Shown one piece after another: positions 1 to 12,938 of a stretch of DNA of 64,000 nucleotides. The position numbers were made by a program, and so were the translations under genes. Every line of letters begins with the position of its first letter. Within the stretch, counting starts at the first letter, position 1. Under the pieces are notes generated by a model. That model saw only the letters and a program-made list of their open reading frames with translations, was not told the DNA's origin and made no database searches. The stretch covers positions 303,297-367,296 of the forward strand of contig NW_015167563.1 in the NCBI RefSeq assembly GCF_001447785.1. The letters run 5' to 3'. Source of the DNA: Gekko japonicus (lineage: Eukaryota).

Positions 1-231
1 TGAATTACAACATCTAAAAGATAAAATATATTTAAAAGGCTAATGGAGTAAATAAAAGCCAATATAATAGCAAAGATAAAAAATCAATAATATACAAATT
101 ACCTTCCAATTTAGGTCCAGAAAGCACCTGTGTGGCTGTCTAAGTCAGAGCTAGAGTGTCCTCAAGCAAATAGCAGTGTGGTGTGGTTAACCTTTATAGT
201 TTGGTGCTGGATGATGCAATCCTAGTAAAAT

Positions 232-272
232 GCTTCTGAAGAAGGCCCCAATAGATCAGAAATGCATCAGGT
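232..272 (+). ncRNA. Degenerate minimal type I hammerhead ribozyme motif (Penelope pseudo-LTR type)
   Basis: CTGAAGA-aggccc...-GAAA-tgca-TC-agg layout; stem II pairing eroded. Confidence 0.4.
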
Positions 273-975
273 CATGTGTATTGGCCCTTGTGTTTAGGTC
301 ACCTTTACTTTTTTATGAAGCTTTCATTGGGCCCTTATATGTTTTTAACTGTTTTTCTAATAAATGCATGTATTTTTGTATATTATAAGTTTCAACTAGG
401 TTTTTAATATTGGCCCTTTATTAGATTTCTTTCTTACCCTTGTGGGCATATGAGCAGGCCAGCCAAATATGCTAGCTTCCTTCTTTTCATTAATGCAGTG
501 GTTCTTAAAGTGAGGGCCAGGACCCCGGAGTTGGTCACTACTATCTGCAGGTTACCCTTACAGAATTAAAAAGTGACTGTTTATAGTGTGAGGCCAGAAC
601 TAGACACTTCTGCTTCAGTTACCAAGACTAGGATGGCCTTTCAGCTGCCATGACACAAATCACAGGCTGACTGGATTGCTCAGTCCTTTTGTATCTCTGG
701 TGTTCATATCAGTGACCCAATGGAATCAAATGACCATTTTATAGGCTGCTTCCATATAGTGATCTCCATGCTGTCATATTTCTGTGTGATTCCCCCCCAC
801 CATGTACCACTATAAGACAGATAAGCAAAATCCAGAAGTTCCTTAGGGTGGATTCATATATACATTTGGGGTCTGTCTTCAAGTAACATACATTGTAATG
901 CCAGCTAAAATCAGCCATGGAGTTGAGGTAATGGTAGGGTAGACATTGCTGCTCTGATATTCAGATATGTGTTCC

Positions 976-1225
976 TATGGTTGTCAGGTCTCCCCTGGCT
1001 ACCAGTGGGAGATGAAGGGAGGGGTACAGTTGCCAAATTCGGGTTGGAAAACTCCTGGAGATTTGAGGATGGAGTCTGGGGAGGGCAGGGACCTCAGTGG
1101 AGCACAATGGATAGAGTCCACCCTCCAAAGCATCCATTTTCTCCCTGAGAACTTATCTCTGTAGTTTGCTGATGAGCTGTAATTCTGGGAGATCCCCAGG
1201 TCCCACCTGGAGGCTGGCATCCCTA
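976..1225. mobile_element. Non-autonomous hAT-like MITE (TAGGG(T/A)TGCCA TIR family)
   Basis: Ends ...tggcatcccta; body homologous to copies at 7570, 7839 and 12939; degenerate TSD tgtgttcc/aacgttcc. Confidence 0.7.
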
Positions 1226-3204
1226 AACGTTCCTCAAAACAATGTTGCAATTCCTTCAATTATTCATCTCTTTCTGTGGGACGCAGCACAGTTTTATCCT
1301 GAGAAAGAAAAGCCTGTTATGCATGGATAACATTTTCTTTACCATCTCATGATATCTACTTAAGGAGAATTACAAATTAACATGATATCTACTGGATGAA
1401 CATTACAAATCATAATCCTTGCATTTTAGGCCTGATTTAACCATGTCACTGACAGACAAAAAACATTTAGCCCTGTGGCTTTGCACTTGCACAGCGACTT
1501 GTTTAAACTGCTGCAAAACAACTAGGCGTGTTTAATTAGCATGCCAGTGCAACACCTGCTCAGGCTGCAGACCACTGCCGTGCTAATTTAGCAGTCCACT
1601 TTCAATGAGACACAGAGTCAATGCAAAGTTGCACAGGTAAGTGCTTTTCCTCCCTTCTCGGCATCATATTTACATCAGCTCTCAGCCAGAGCCTAATGCA
1701 TGAGTTAACACTTTGCAAAAATGGCGTGTTTCCTGATATAAGAAGGCAACAGGATTCCAAATCTATGATAACTTCATCCCATGATAATCAGCCACACCGC
1801 TGTTATGAATAGGGAACTGCTTGCAGGAGACAGAATTGCTAAAACCATCATTAGACTTGGGATGATTAATGTGGAATGAGTGATCTAGAGAAATCAAAGT
1901 CTCCCACTAAGCACTCCAGAGTAAGATGTGGGTTTGGAGGTGTGGGTTTGTTATAGACATATATCATGATCACGGAGCACTTAATATATTCCTAAGGAAC
2001 AGAAATGATGACTCAGTAACTAAATGCCAAAACCACTATATCTAACAGGTTATCGTCTGGCTCCTATGTGGATAATGAAAAGCAGCAAACCTGGGCCATT
2101 CAAACATGAGGTAGGAGTAGTTATTCGTTCAGGTGAATCCACAGGTATGCAGAAAAGTATGACTTTGTAAATTAACTAAAAGGGGAGGGGACTGATGGGG
2201 ACTGTGTACCAGAAAGGATAAAGTACTGAAAGCAATTGAGAGACAATTAAAGGGAGGGAAGGAGGAGGGTGAAAGCAGACTGTGCCAGGCACTGCGAGCT
2301 TAGAGAATCCAGGAGGGGGAGATTTGTTCCACCTCATGATTCCTTGAAGTTCTACTGTGTGTCATTTTATATTTGTAAAAAAGGAGGCTTACTGATGCTA
2401 TAGGGATGTTTTGTGCTCTTATCTCCCTTAATATCTAGAGGTTAGATTGAACATTACTTTGGTCAGCATCACATACTTTGATAGAGCCACTGAACATATT
2501 ATCACTAGACTTTCTGGGCCAGGAGATATTTTGGCTCAGTGAGCAATGCATAATAATCAGTTTGGTATCCACGAGTAGTGGCTATCTAACTTAGTCTACA
2601 GTCCCGACATATGCTTATGAAGGAGTAAGCCTCATAAAAGTCAGTGGGGTATTTCTAAGATATACTTACAATTTTACACTTAGCCTGATTAGTTGTAACT
2701 GAGTTGTATACAATGTTGAAAGAAAATCATAGTCTGCTCTGTAGAACATGGATATACTTAGCATTAATAGTATTGTTTCATTAAAAGGGTTTCCATGTTT
2801 TTACTTGCCCTTTTTCTAACCATTTATGCTATTAGTATTTCTTACTGATTTCAGTAGGACTTGCTGTAAAATTAACATGCCTGGGATTGCAGCCTGGAAG
2901 AGTGAAGATCGTTCCAAATTTAACCCTATAACAAATTGCAAATGCTAGTCTAAAGTTCATTTCTCAGTTATACATCAGTGTCTGGTTTGCAAAAAGATCT
3001 TGCTGTGCTTCTGCATTGCCTAAAAATACCATTTTTAGGTTACAAAGATCAAAAGCTTTAGCTTAGATATTTGTCATTTAACCAAGATATTTGTCATTTA
3101 CAACGAGCTTACTAATTTTCTCTTCCCTTCAAAACTATTTTTGAAAATATACAACAGTTTCTACAATTTTGCTTGAAAATGTTCATCTCTAGAGAAACAT
3201 TTCC

Positions 3205-4986
3205 TTTCTTTTCTTTTTTTTTTAGCCCCCCGGAGGGGATTTTTTATTGCATTTTTAATATACAAACTACAACGAAAAATTAGGAAGGGGTAACTACATC
3301 TAGGGAGAAAGGAAAGAAAACCACTAATAACTAAAAACCTAAGAATAGGAGATTATAACAACAGCTTACATAAATGTTAATCTTAAATTGCTAGTGTTAC
3401 TTTGAACATAGTCGGTTATGCTAAATTATTTATCTTGTTATCCATTGATTTAACTGTTTAAGAGAACCCCAAGAGCATCCAATAATAAAACCAAAATTTT
3501 AAGGCACATTTCAGAGTCCCTCAGCCTTAATTTTGTTTTATATTTTCTCATCCTCGATATGCACATTTGGGGGCAGCCGCCCCTTTATCGGAAGCAGAAT
3601 CCTCGTCAGAAGACACCGAGTCCAATTCACCACTGGATTTGCTGTGATCTTCTTCCTTAGTGACCTCGTCTGTCTCTTGCAACTGCAATCTCAGGAACTC
3701 ACGTGCTTTAAGGACAGAGTCAATCTTTTCTTTTTTATCGTGTAGTTTGAAAATGACGTCTTCTGGAATTAACCATCTGTAGGCAGTGCTGTTTGTTTGT
3801 AAAAAAAGGATTAAGTCTTTATATTTCTTTCTCTTTTGCCTTATTTCAAATGGGATGTCTTTTAGAATCCTGATGATGTTGTCCCTGATTTTCAAAAGTG
3901 TTCCTGTAGTTGCTTTCAGGATTAAATCCCTCACATGCCTCTTCGAGAATCTGACCACTTTCTCCCCAGGCAGATTATTCTTAATGACACATCCATTTCA
4001 TTTGCAAGATATTCCGCTTTCAAATCTGTAACTGGAGCTAATGCTTCACTCAAGAGTTGCTTTAGATTCTCGTCTTTTAATTCTGGGACCCCTTGAAACC
4101 AGAGGACCAAATTTGCTTTCTCCATTTGCAGCTGTAAATGTTGAGATTCTTCCGAAGCTTGCTTCTTTTCCAGCTTTTGCACCTTTTTCTTAACTTTTTT
4201 AGTGTTGGTGTCCATTTCCTTCACCTTCTCAGCTGTTTGCTTCATCATTTTTAAAGTTTCAGTCAGTTGGAGCTGCTGAGTTGCAAGGTTCTGATTTAAA
4301 GTTGTCAGCTGTTGTTTGATGTTAGTCATCTGGTCCAGCAGAGGGCGCAAGGAATCTGCCAACATTTTGGAGAACTCAGTGACCTCTTCCGGTCGAGGGC
4401 TCATGCTCCCCGCTGGTTTCACTTTTGCTAGTTTGTCTTTCTCTGCCTTCTTCCCCGCCATCTTTATGGATTTACTTTTGTAAGAACTTGCTAAAGTCTC
4501 TGAAACTCGCCCATACTCTTATCTGCACTCTGATAAGTCTCTCAAAACAGATTTCAATGCTTTTTCTTCCACTCCCCCCCTTGGTATATCGTTTTTAAGT
4601 TCATGCGCATGGGAGGGGCCCCTCCCCTGCTCACTTTTCTTACCGTTCCCGGGGGGGGGGCTTTCTTTTTAAATTCCCATATTCACTTTAACCCGACTCA
4701 CTATTCATTGTTGGTCATATGACCTTGCTTGAAACACATTTACAGTGCTCTAGATCCATATGGACACTCAGCGGCAGGACCGTCGGGGCGGAGGAGCACC
4801 TCAATTCCCTAGCATCGCACTGGTGAAGAGGTCGCCCCTCATAAGCTCCATGGCTAGGAGCCTTTTGCCAAGGCTCCGGGGGGGATGGCGACCCGTTGCC
4901 CCCCCTCCTATCTGCTGGTGCACAGATCACATCCCCGGGAGGTCTGGGAGATGCGTCCGCCAGTGTGTCGCCATAAACCAGAAGTC
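3205..4986 (-). mobile_element. Full-length ORF1-only L1 derivative (HAL1-like)
   Basis: 18-bp TSD ctctagagaaacatttcc (3187-3204, 4987-5004); poly(A) at ~3205-3223 with AATAAA ~20 nt upstream; L1-like 5' end GACTTCTGGTTTATGGCG; no ORF2. Confidence 0.85.
3548..4461 (-). pseudogene. L1 ORF1p-like protein (coiled coil, RRM, CTD), one frameshift near 3950
   Basis: ORFs 3931..4461 and 3548..3958: heptad-rich N-terminus, then LWFQGVPE...ENL, RILKDIPFEIRQKRKKY and YRWLIPE motifs typical of L1 ORF1p. Confidence 0.8.
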
Positions 4987-5138
4987 CTCTAGAGAAACAT
5001 TTCCAAAAGGCAGGCCAGATTTTGGAAACCAGACCCCATTAGAAGGCCATTCTAACTGATGATGAGCCAAAGGTTATAGTTTGAAGCTTTGAAATGTTAA
5101 ATAGTCATACATCCAACAGGTCTTCAAAAAGATAAGTC

Positions 5139-5420
5139 CATAGAATCATAGCATCACAGAGATGGAAGGGACCATAGATGCCATCTAGTCCAATCCCCTG
5201 CTCAGTGCAGGATCAGCCTAGAGTATCCCTGACAAGTGTTTGTCCAGCCGCTGCTTAAAGACTGCCAGTGAGGGGGAGCTCACCACCTCCCTAGGCAGCT
5301 GATTCCACTGTGGCACAACTCTTACTGTAAAAAAGTTTTTCCTAAGATCTAGCCGATACCTTCCCACCCTTAATTTAAACCCATTAATGTGAGTCCTATC
5401 CTCTGATGACAACAGGAACA
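5139..5420 (-). mobile_element. CR1 LINE 3' fragment
   Basis: RLDLRKNFFTVRVVPQWNQLPREVVSSPSLAVFKQRLDKHL; (ATTCTATG)-type 3' tail. Confidence 0.9.
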
Positions 5421-6194
5421 GTTCGTATATTATACAGAACATGTCAGATACGTTAGCGTGAAAGGGATAGAATCTAATAATATCTTATAATAATATAATA
5501 TACATATAAAATATGTTAGCAAGAGGGAGATCTGTCTAATGCAACCTTTAATTAAGGTATTTATTAAGGTATTTATTGAGAATACAACATGGTATCTTTA
5601 ATGCATAAAGGGTACAGCAACTTCGTATGTGATAATGTACATTTGGCTAGAACTGTTTTTAACCTTTCTTTTTTTAAAAAAGTAATTATAACAACAGGTT
5701 TTACCTGTGGATAAATGCTGACCTGTACATCTCTGACTCTGTATGCCAAGTCTTGTACATTTTTTCCTGAGTCTTGTATTTTGTAATGCTAAATGTTGTA
5801 ACCCACTGTGATTCACATAAAAACACACTTTGAAAGACATCTTAAAAGTGAAAGAACTCTCATATGATAAGAAAGGAAGTTTACAAAGGAATCATTTCAA
5901 AGCATCAGGGTTGTCTAGAGAGTAGGTATGGATGCTGCACAGAGTCTTGTTTCATGTGACTCTGAAGATGGAACTCCCCTGGCTAATAGGTGTTGACAGA
6001 ATTATTTCCCACAAATTTAGTTTTGTATAAAATAAAGGATTTCATGGTGAGATTTTCTACATCTAAGTGGGTAAGATGGAAGATGGTAGTGACTTCCTGT
6101 GCTCCCCTGCTAAGATGATCAAGTGAAAAAATATTGCATAAAATGGGGGGGGGGGAGCACAAGATGAGACAGAGAGACCAAAGAGTAATTAACA

Positions 6195-6495
6195 TGCAGA
6201 ATTCACTGCCTCAAGAAGTGGTGGCAGTTACAAGCATACAAAGATTCAAGAAAGGACTGGATAAACATATGGAGCAGAGGTCCATCAGTGACTATTAGCC
6301 ACAAGATATAGATGGAACACTATGTCAGGAGCTGTGATGCTCTGTATTCTTGGTACTTGGGGGGGCAACAGTGTGAGGGCTTCTGGAGTTCTGATCTTGC
6401 TGGTGAACCTCCTGATGGCACCTGGGTTTTGCCAACTGTGTTGGACTGGATGGGTTATTGGCCTGATCCAACATGGCTTCTTTTATATTCTTATT
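6195..6495 (+). mobile_element. CR1-group LINE 3' fragment
   Basis: NSLPQEVVAV...RFKKGLDKHM coding end followed by 3' UTR ending in ttcttat repeats. Confidence 0.7.
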
Positions 6496-7329
6496 TTTAT
6501 AGCTGGTGGTCAATGCTAAACTTATTCATTGGAAGTCATTACATGCCAATTTGTGTTTAAAGTTACAGACAAAGACATAGGTGTATACAGATATTTAATC
6601 TCTGTCATCAGTTTTGCATACTTTGGGGGTTGTCCATACAGTACTTCCAGCTGAAAACGTAAGAAATATGTGACCGCTGTATGTTATGGTAACATCACTG
6701 TGTGTATTTAAGTATAGTAATTGACTATTGTATTATTGAGTGATAAAAATGAAAGCAAAATGATATTATTCTCTGTTTACTAAGGTGATACGTTGTACTT
6801 CTATAAACTGTTATTCATAATAAAAAATTAAAAATGTAAGGACCAATAAAATTTACACTATAAAATCTGTCTTTTCAGAACTGAATGTGAAATTACTGTT
6901 GACTTTCAGTGAAGACAAAAGTCTCATACAACTTGAGGGAGTCTCCTTAAAATTGTCACGAGTTTCACATTCTAAACATCCTTCCTTGACAGGTTAGTCT
7001 GTCACCCGCTGCCATTCATCTCTGGCTGTGAAGCTTCTTGAGGTGATCTTATCATTTCCTACTTGGTCTGCCATGGAGCTGAGCTGGGAATCAAACAAAG
7101 GAGAAAACAGACTCAACCCAAAATATACCAAGAATGCTACAAAGGTCAAGATACAGCAAATAAATTTATATCAAAAGAAATATTTATTACAAGGTGTACA
7201 CACAAATGTAATTAAAAACATAGGGCCTGGATATCAGGCTACATTAAGAATCATCTAGACTAGAACAAGCTTTACATAAGCTGTAATAATTTCCCATACA
7301 AAGTTGAAAATGTCAAATGACCAACACAA

Positions 7330-7370
7330 GACCATACGTGTTTCAGCCACAAAGGCCTTCCTCAGTGGTC
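7330..7370 (-). ncRNA. Minimal type I hammerhead ribozyme
   Basis: Minus strand gacca-CTGAGGA-aggcc tttgt ggct-GAAA-cacg-TA-tggtc. Confidence 0.75.
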
Positions 7371-7569
7371 ATTTTGATTTCATTTGCTGATTGATGACAC
7401 ACACATCTAGAAATATTTTAAACTTTATACCAGATTATTATATCAATGAAGATTCATGTGTGAGTACAGTTACCATGTGAAAGGATCCACTGTCTGCTTT
7501 ATAAGCTTTCATCAAACCACACAATATATGAGATAATAACACCCGTTTAGGATTGATTTATTTTCTGGA

Positions 7570-7771
7570 TAAGAGTGCCAGATCCAGATTGGGAGATTCC
7601 TGGAGATTTGAGGACAGACCCTGGGAAGGACAGGGACCTCAGTGGGGTATAATGCCATGGAGTCCATCCTCCAAAGCAGACATTTTCTCCAGGGGGACTG
7701 ATTTCTGTAGTCTGGAGATGAGATATAGTTCCAGGGTATCCTCAGGTCCTACCTGGAGACTGGCATCCCTA
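7570..7771. mobile_element. hAT-like MITE
   Basis: 8-bp TSD tttctgga; TIR ...tggcatcccta. Confidence 0.8.
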
Positions 7772-7838
7772 TTTCTGGATGTGTTTCTAAATACCATGTT
7801 ACGTATTAATGACCAATGAAGGCCTTTTGGGGGCAAAA

Positions 7839-8056
7839 TAGGATTGCCAGTCTCCAGGTGGGACCTGGAGATCTCCTGGGATTACAGTTGATCTCCAGAC
7901 AACAAAGATCAGTTCCCCTGGAGAAAATGGCTGCTTTGGAGGGTGGATTCTATGTAAATATACCCTGCTGAGGTCCCTCCCCTCTACAAACCCCGCCCTC
8001 TCCAGCCTCCACCCCCAAATCTCCAGGTATTTCCCAGTCTGGAGCTGCCAACCCTA
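7839..8056. mobile_element. hAT-like MITE inserted into a hammerhead motif
   Basis: TIRs taggattgcca / tgccaacccta; degenerate TSD gggcaaaa/ggccaaat. Confidence 0.75.
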
Positions 8057-9108
8057 GGCCAAATTGCGTACGGTCTTGTGTTGGTCATTTAACATTTTCA
8101 TCAACTTTGTATGGGAAATAACTCTGGTTTATGTAAAGCTTGTTCTAGATTATTCTTAATGTAGCCTGATGTTAATGTTAATCTTAATGTAGCCCTATGT
8201 TTTTAATTACACTGTTGAGCTAGGAAACAACATGGAGTTTGGCATTACAGCTGTACTCAGTGGACTCTAATTGAGGACTTCAGTTCTGATTTTCAGCCTC
8301 TTCCTAGCAAAACTTCAGGATGGAGAGGCTGGAAGACTATAACAAATAAAACCATCATATAGCATGCCTGGTTTCCCACTCAGAAGCCCAGTGCAGATAG
8401 AACATTACTTGAAAATTAAATCAAATTCAAGGATGCACTGGAACGCTTACCTCATTAAATGAAACCTAAAATGAGGGTTTCTCTGCGTGTCAACTATCTT
8501 TCTTCTACCATTAAAAATAACACTGTAACAGGGTTCTCAAGTTCTTATCTTCAACTGATAAACTTAAAGACATATCATCCCTATTTATATATCTGGACAT
8601 GTTCATCTTTGAACTTTTTTTTAGGGTATAGCACTTATATAGCACTTGATGCTGATGACCAGCTCAATTTACCTTAGACAACAAGGATAAGACCCATATG
8701 TTATTAGCTATTCCACTGCTGTAATCCTTTGCTTCCTGGATTTTTGTGTCTGAAAAGGCAATGCAAGAGAAGAGAAATGCTTACAAAAGCTCAATATTGA
8801 ACAACGTGGATTTTACCAATGTCTGTACAGGCCTCACTCACACAAAAGGTCGAGAACAATTGGCTGCTTGAAGTACAACTGTATGAAGATTGCTCCACTT
8901 GAAAGCTGTTCATATGCAATGACTATCCACACACCACCATATCTCAGACAGTTTTGCATGGCCAACCAGTCACTGGACACAAAAGGCTTGCCAAGTAGCC
9001 TGGACTCTATGAGTTGTATTGAAGGCATCTTCCACAACTGTTTGTTTGTATGCTTCTATTACTCACCTTAGGCAGGTTTTTGTGGTAGAGGATCAATATG
9101 GTTACTCC

Positions 9109-9421
9109 CAGGGGTCTTGTTGTAGAAAAAGAGCTGCCGGAGCTCATTAGCATAACTCATTAGCATAACTTATTTGCATATGCCACGCCCCCTGACATCA
9201 CCGGAAGTGACAGAAGGCCACACCCCCTGACATCACCGGAAGTGTGTCAGAAGGCCCGGCTACTTACCCTCCTGCTTCATCCTCATTCCCAAACGGAATG
9301 AGGATCGAAGCAGAGGGCGGGGTAAAGAAGGGGGCGGGGCTTCACCACGTGACCGCCCCGCCCCCTAGAGGTTCTCTTCCGGAGCTCCGTACCTGAGAGC
9401 TCCCCCCCGACTAGAGCCCTG
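9109..9421. mobile_element. hAT-like MITE (CAGGG termini)
   Basis: Perfect 8-bp TSD gttactcc; internal repeat of ccccctgacatcaccggaagtg. Confidence 0.8.
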
Positions 9422-10569
9422 GTTACTCCAAGAACAAACATCAAAACCAAATGAGAGGGGACAAATGACACAGTTATGTTGCAAACCAGGGCTTTCCTCT
9501 CCCTGGGTGATCACTGTATTCTAATTTTACCACAGCATGAAATGAAGACAATTTGAACCAATAGATTTTAGGGTTGCTTCAGACCAAACGATTTTGTTGT
9601 TGTATACCATATCAGAATTGGACTTACATGTATTTTCAGCCTCTTGTCTCTTCAGAATACAACACGGGGAGGCGAGATCCTTTTTCAGTTACCCACTGAT
9701 GTGCATTTTAAAGAAACAAACATCTAGGAATATACATATGCAGCTCAAATCTGAGGCACTATAATAGGAAAGTACAAAAAAGTCTCACTGTATAGAAAAG
9801 TCCCTGTATAGAAATTAGCATACCTTGATTTTAGGAATACACACCAAAAAAAACCCCACTGCTGGGTCAGACCAATTTTTTTCACAATGATTATCTAGAT
9901 GCTCCTAGAAAGTATTCAAACAAGGCACAGACACCAATCCTCTTTGAATTAAAAAAGACACTGCCTCTGAATATGGAAGTTTTTAATTTTAATTTTATTT
10001 ATTAGATTTCTATTCTGCCCTTTCCCAAAGCCTCAGGGTGGATAACAACAATAGGTTCCATTGGTTTTCTCAGGAAACCAACAATATTTCTCCCTCTGAC
10101 ATTCTCTAGGTTCCTTCCTTTAGGGATCGACCTCTCTTTATTGTAATCTGCCTCATTCTTGCTTTGCCAAAGATTCCCATTTAAAGTCCAGTTTGCTACA
10201 CTGAGAGTCAGCAAGATAGGATGGGGTCAGGTATAGAGGAAGTGAGAGTGAGAGCATGGTGAATCCTGCTCTTTTTATACATTATTTGCACTTGGGGGTG
10301 GGCTTCACTGGCCACTTTCCTTGTCATGTCCTCAGGAAGTTGCTTAAGCAAAAACTAGTTGCAGGAGGATGGGGGCTTAATAGTTGGGCAATATTGATTC
10401 CATTACTACTAACAGTGGCACCTTTAGAAGACAATAGCAGAAGCAGCCAGGATCGCTAGTCTTGATGGCTCAATAATCGCTCTGGCCGATGGGCTTGCCA
10501 GGTACGAGTCAGTTGGCTAATCCCTTTATGCAAATAGATCTTTTGTCATACTGGGCAGCATACCTGCAG

Positions 10570-10880
10570 TGAAAAGTACTGAGAAGCGTTGAGTGATTTC
10601 AGCAAAGTACTTTTATTAAGCAGGAACAAGACAAAGGCAAGCCGGCTCGCAGGCCGGCTTATATGCTCAAAAACCCACCACCTAAAACACATCCACTAAG
10701 GTCCTATAGGCTATTTACAGTGGCCAAGAGTCCCATAGGCTCTCGGCCGCGGACCTGGCCCTCTGATAGGTGCGGGCTAGGATCCGCTGGACTATTGTTC
10801 TCTTGGGAGCGAAGCTCTGCCGTTTGGCCTGACCGCATGGCCCAACGGTCGCGCACGTGGTCATGGCGGAGTACATTACA
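10570..10880 (-). mobile_element. Solo LTR (Gypsy-type)
   Basis: TG...CA termini, 5-bp TSD tgcag, minus-strand AATAAA; layout similar to the LTR at 56677-56928. Confidence 0.8.
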
Positions 10881-11369
10881 TGCAGTATCTGGTGAAGTTG
10901 GGGGGGTGTGCCTGTGTGCTGACAGGGGTTTCTGCTCATGGAGTCTCTGTGGAGATGTTCAGGTCTCCCAGCATTACATGGCGTTCCTCTACAGCATGCT
11001 TTTACTGGCTTATGTGTGCTGTTTGCGGCCAGGGTGCTTGGCTCATCTCTGCTGCGTTGCAGGTGAGAGGTGGCTGGTAACCCATGGATCCATTCTTGGT
11101 CTGGCCCATCGTCCCAGAGGGAGGCTTCCCTCATCTGGGTGTGTGTTCACAGTCCAGGGAGTTGGCATCAGCTTGGGGTCACCACACATTCCACTTCCCT
11201 TGGCACACTTATTGCACAGTTCAGTTATTAGTTATGGCTCATAAGTCCATAAGAGCGTTATAAGCTCCTTGCAGGGCAACACACTGTACAGTATGGATTA
11301 TTTTATTGTGATGAATAAAGTAACCACTGCCACCATCCCTAATGAAATAGTTTACAACTAGGTAGCACT

Positions 11370-11493
11370 TTATGTTTTGAATTGTTTTTAGATGGTTTTA
11401 TCTATGTCATAATTGTTTTTCTGTATTCTTGTAAGCCGCCCTGAGCCTGCTCCAGCAGGGAGGGTGGGGTATAAATCAAATAAATAAATAAAT
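11370..11493 (+). mobile_element. L2/SINE 3' tail
   Basis: gtaagccgccctgagcc...gggtataaat followed by (AAAT)n. Confidence 0.55.
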
Positions 11494-12197
11494 ATGAACT
11501 TTTAAAACTTTGCTTCACTAGCCCTTCCCTGTCTCCTGACAGAACTTCCACAGTCTCACCTTAGGCAGCTGAAAAGGAGAAGTACAGCTGGATGTCCTCA
11601 GACAGTCTCCCAGACAGTCTCAAGTAAACATTAAACAGCATGGGAGGCAAAGAAAAACTTCTGAAGCACCAATCAATTGTCCCTTAACACCACTCGCTGG
11701 TACCAGTACACTAAAGAAGAACCAGAAGCATGTTTAGGTAAAGTTATGAAAAACAAAATGAGGGCAGTTAACATTCCTTCTACAAACATGATTTGGCAAG
11801 AACAAAAAGGCATTTGTCACTATGGCTTTGCAAGATACACAGGCTCATCTTCCTGTTTTGTATTCCATCGTGGCTTATTTCTCAAAGATTTTTCTAATGC
11901 TCACAAGCTATTTTTTCCCCTTAGTGCTTTATTTTGCACTAACGTCTTCCATTGCCAATACTGAGGTATCTTTATCCCCATGTTAGTAGAGTGGCACAAG
12001 GTAGCCTTGTTGTCAGTGAAGCAGCATTGCCTTGTAATAATGATGCAAAAAATCAGAAAAGGAGCTAAATAAATAGCCTACTTAGTGGCAAAACCATTCC
12101 TAGCAAAAATGATGAGTTCCAAATATCACAATCTGCATGATGGAATACACCACCAATACTGGAAAATCCTGGCTTTTGTAGAATACAGAGAGTCCAT

Positions 12198-12790
12198 TTT
12201 ATTAGTTGTTGTAGATTTTCTGGGCTGTATGGCTGTGGTCTTGGCATTGTAGGACCTGACATTTCACCAGCAGCTGTGACTGGCATCCTCAGAGGTATAA
12301 CACAGAAAGATGGAGTACTCTCTGTGTCAAGGTGAGAAGAAAAGTGGTAGGCAGGTAATTTATATCTACTCAGGAAGGTGGGGTAGGGCTGAGTCATTAT
12401 CTTGTAGGGGTTCCCCAGGCTGTGACATGCTAATGGAGGAGCTTTCCTGAGGAGGTTCTTTTGCATATGGATTGGCTGTTGAAATTCTAATCTTATCTGT
12501 AGTGCTATTGTAAGATGTAGAGCATTTTGTGTTTTTCAGGACAGGAAACCATGCCCTATTTTGTGTTTTTCAGCATTTTGTGTTTTTCAGGACAGGAAAC
12601 CATGCCCTTCTTTCCTGTTGAAATTGTGTTTATGTTTATGAATTTCAATGGTTTCCCTGTGTAATCTGACATGGTAATTGGATGTGTTGTCCAGACTTTC
12701 AGTGTCTTGGAATAAGATACTGTGTCCTGTTTGAGTTAGGCTATGTTCAGCCACTGCTAATTTTTCAGTTTGGCCCAGTCTGCAGAATAA
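12198..12790 (-). mobile_element. Penelope-like (Poseidon-type) element 3' part: GIY-YIG C-terminus plus pseudo-LTR with hammerhead
   Basis: Minus strand AVAEHSLTQTGHSILFQDTE...RLHRETIEIHKHKHNFNR; cct-CTGAGGA-tgccag...ctggt-GAAA-tgTC-agg at ~12256-12295. Confidence 0.8.
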
Positions 12791-12938
12791 CAGAAAAGCT
12801 GAACATTAGGTCCCATTTCGATATGAGATATACATTCCCATCCTCCAGCTTTATATGTTTTGGTCTAGATCCAACACTGAATCAAGCATGTTTAAACCCC
12901 AGCAATCTCATTGGGACTGTATTAGGCCTAATCCATGC

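Larger units (their letters stand above)
7130..8212. mobile_element. Penelope-like non-autonomous element with inverted pseudo-LTR arms, interrupted by two MITEs
   Basis: ~7208-7340 is the reverse complement of ~8065-8210; both arms carry a hammerhead motif; homologous to 23510-23780. Confidence 0.65.

Noticed and set aside
10663-11244. 193-aa ORF as a host gene
   Set aside because: Crosses a solo-LTR boundary and has no recognisable motif
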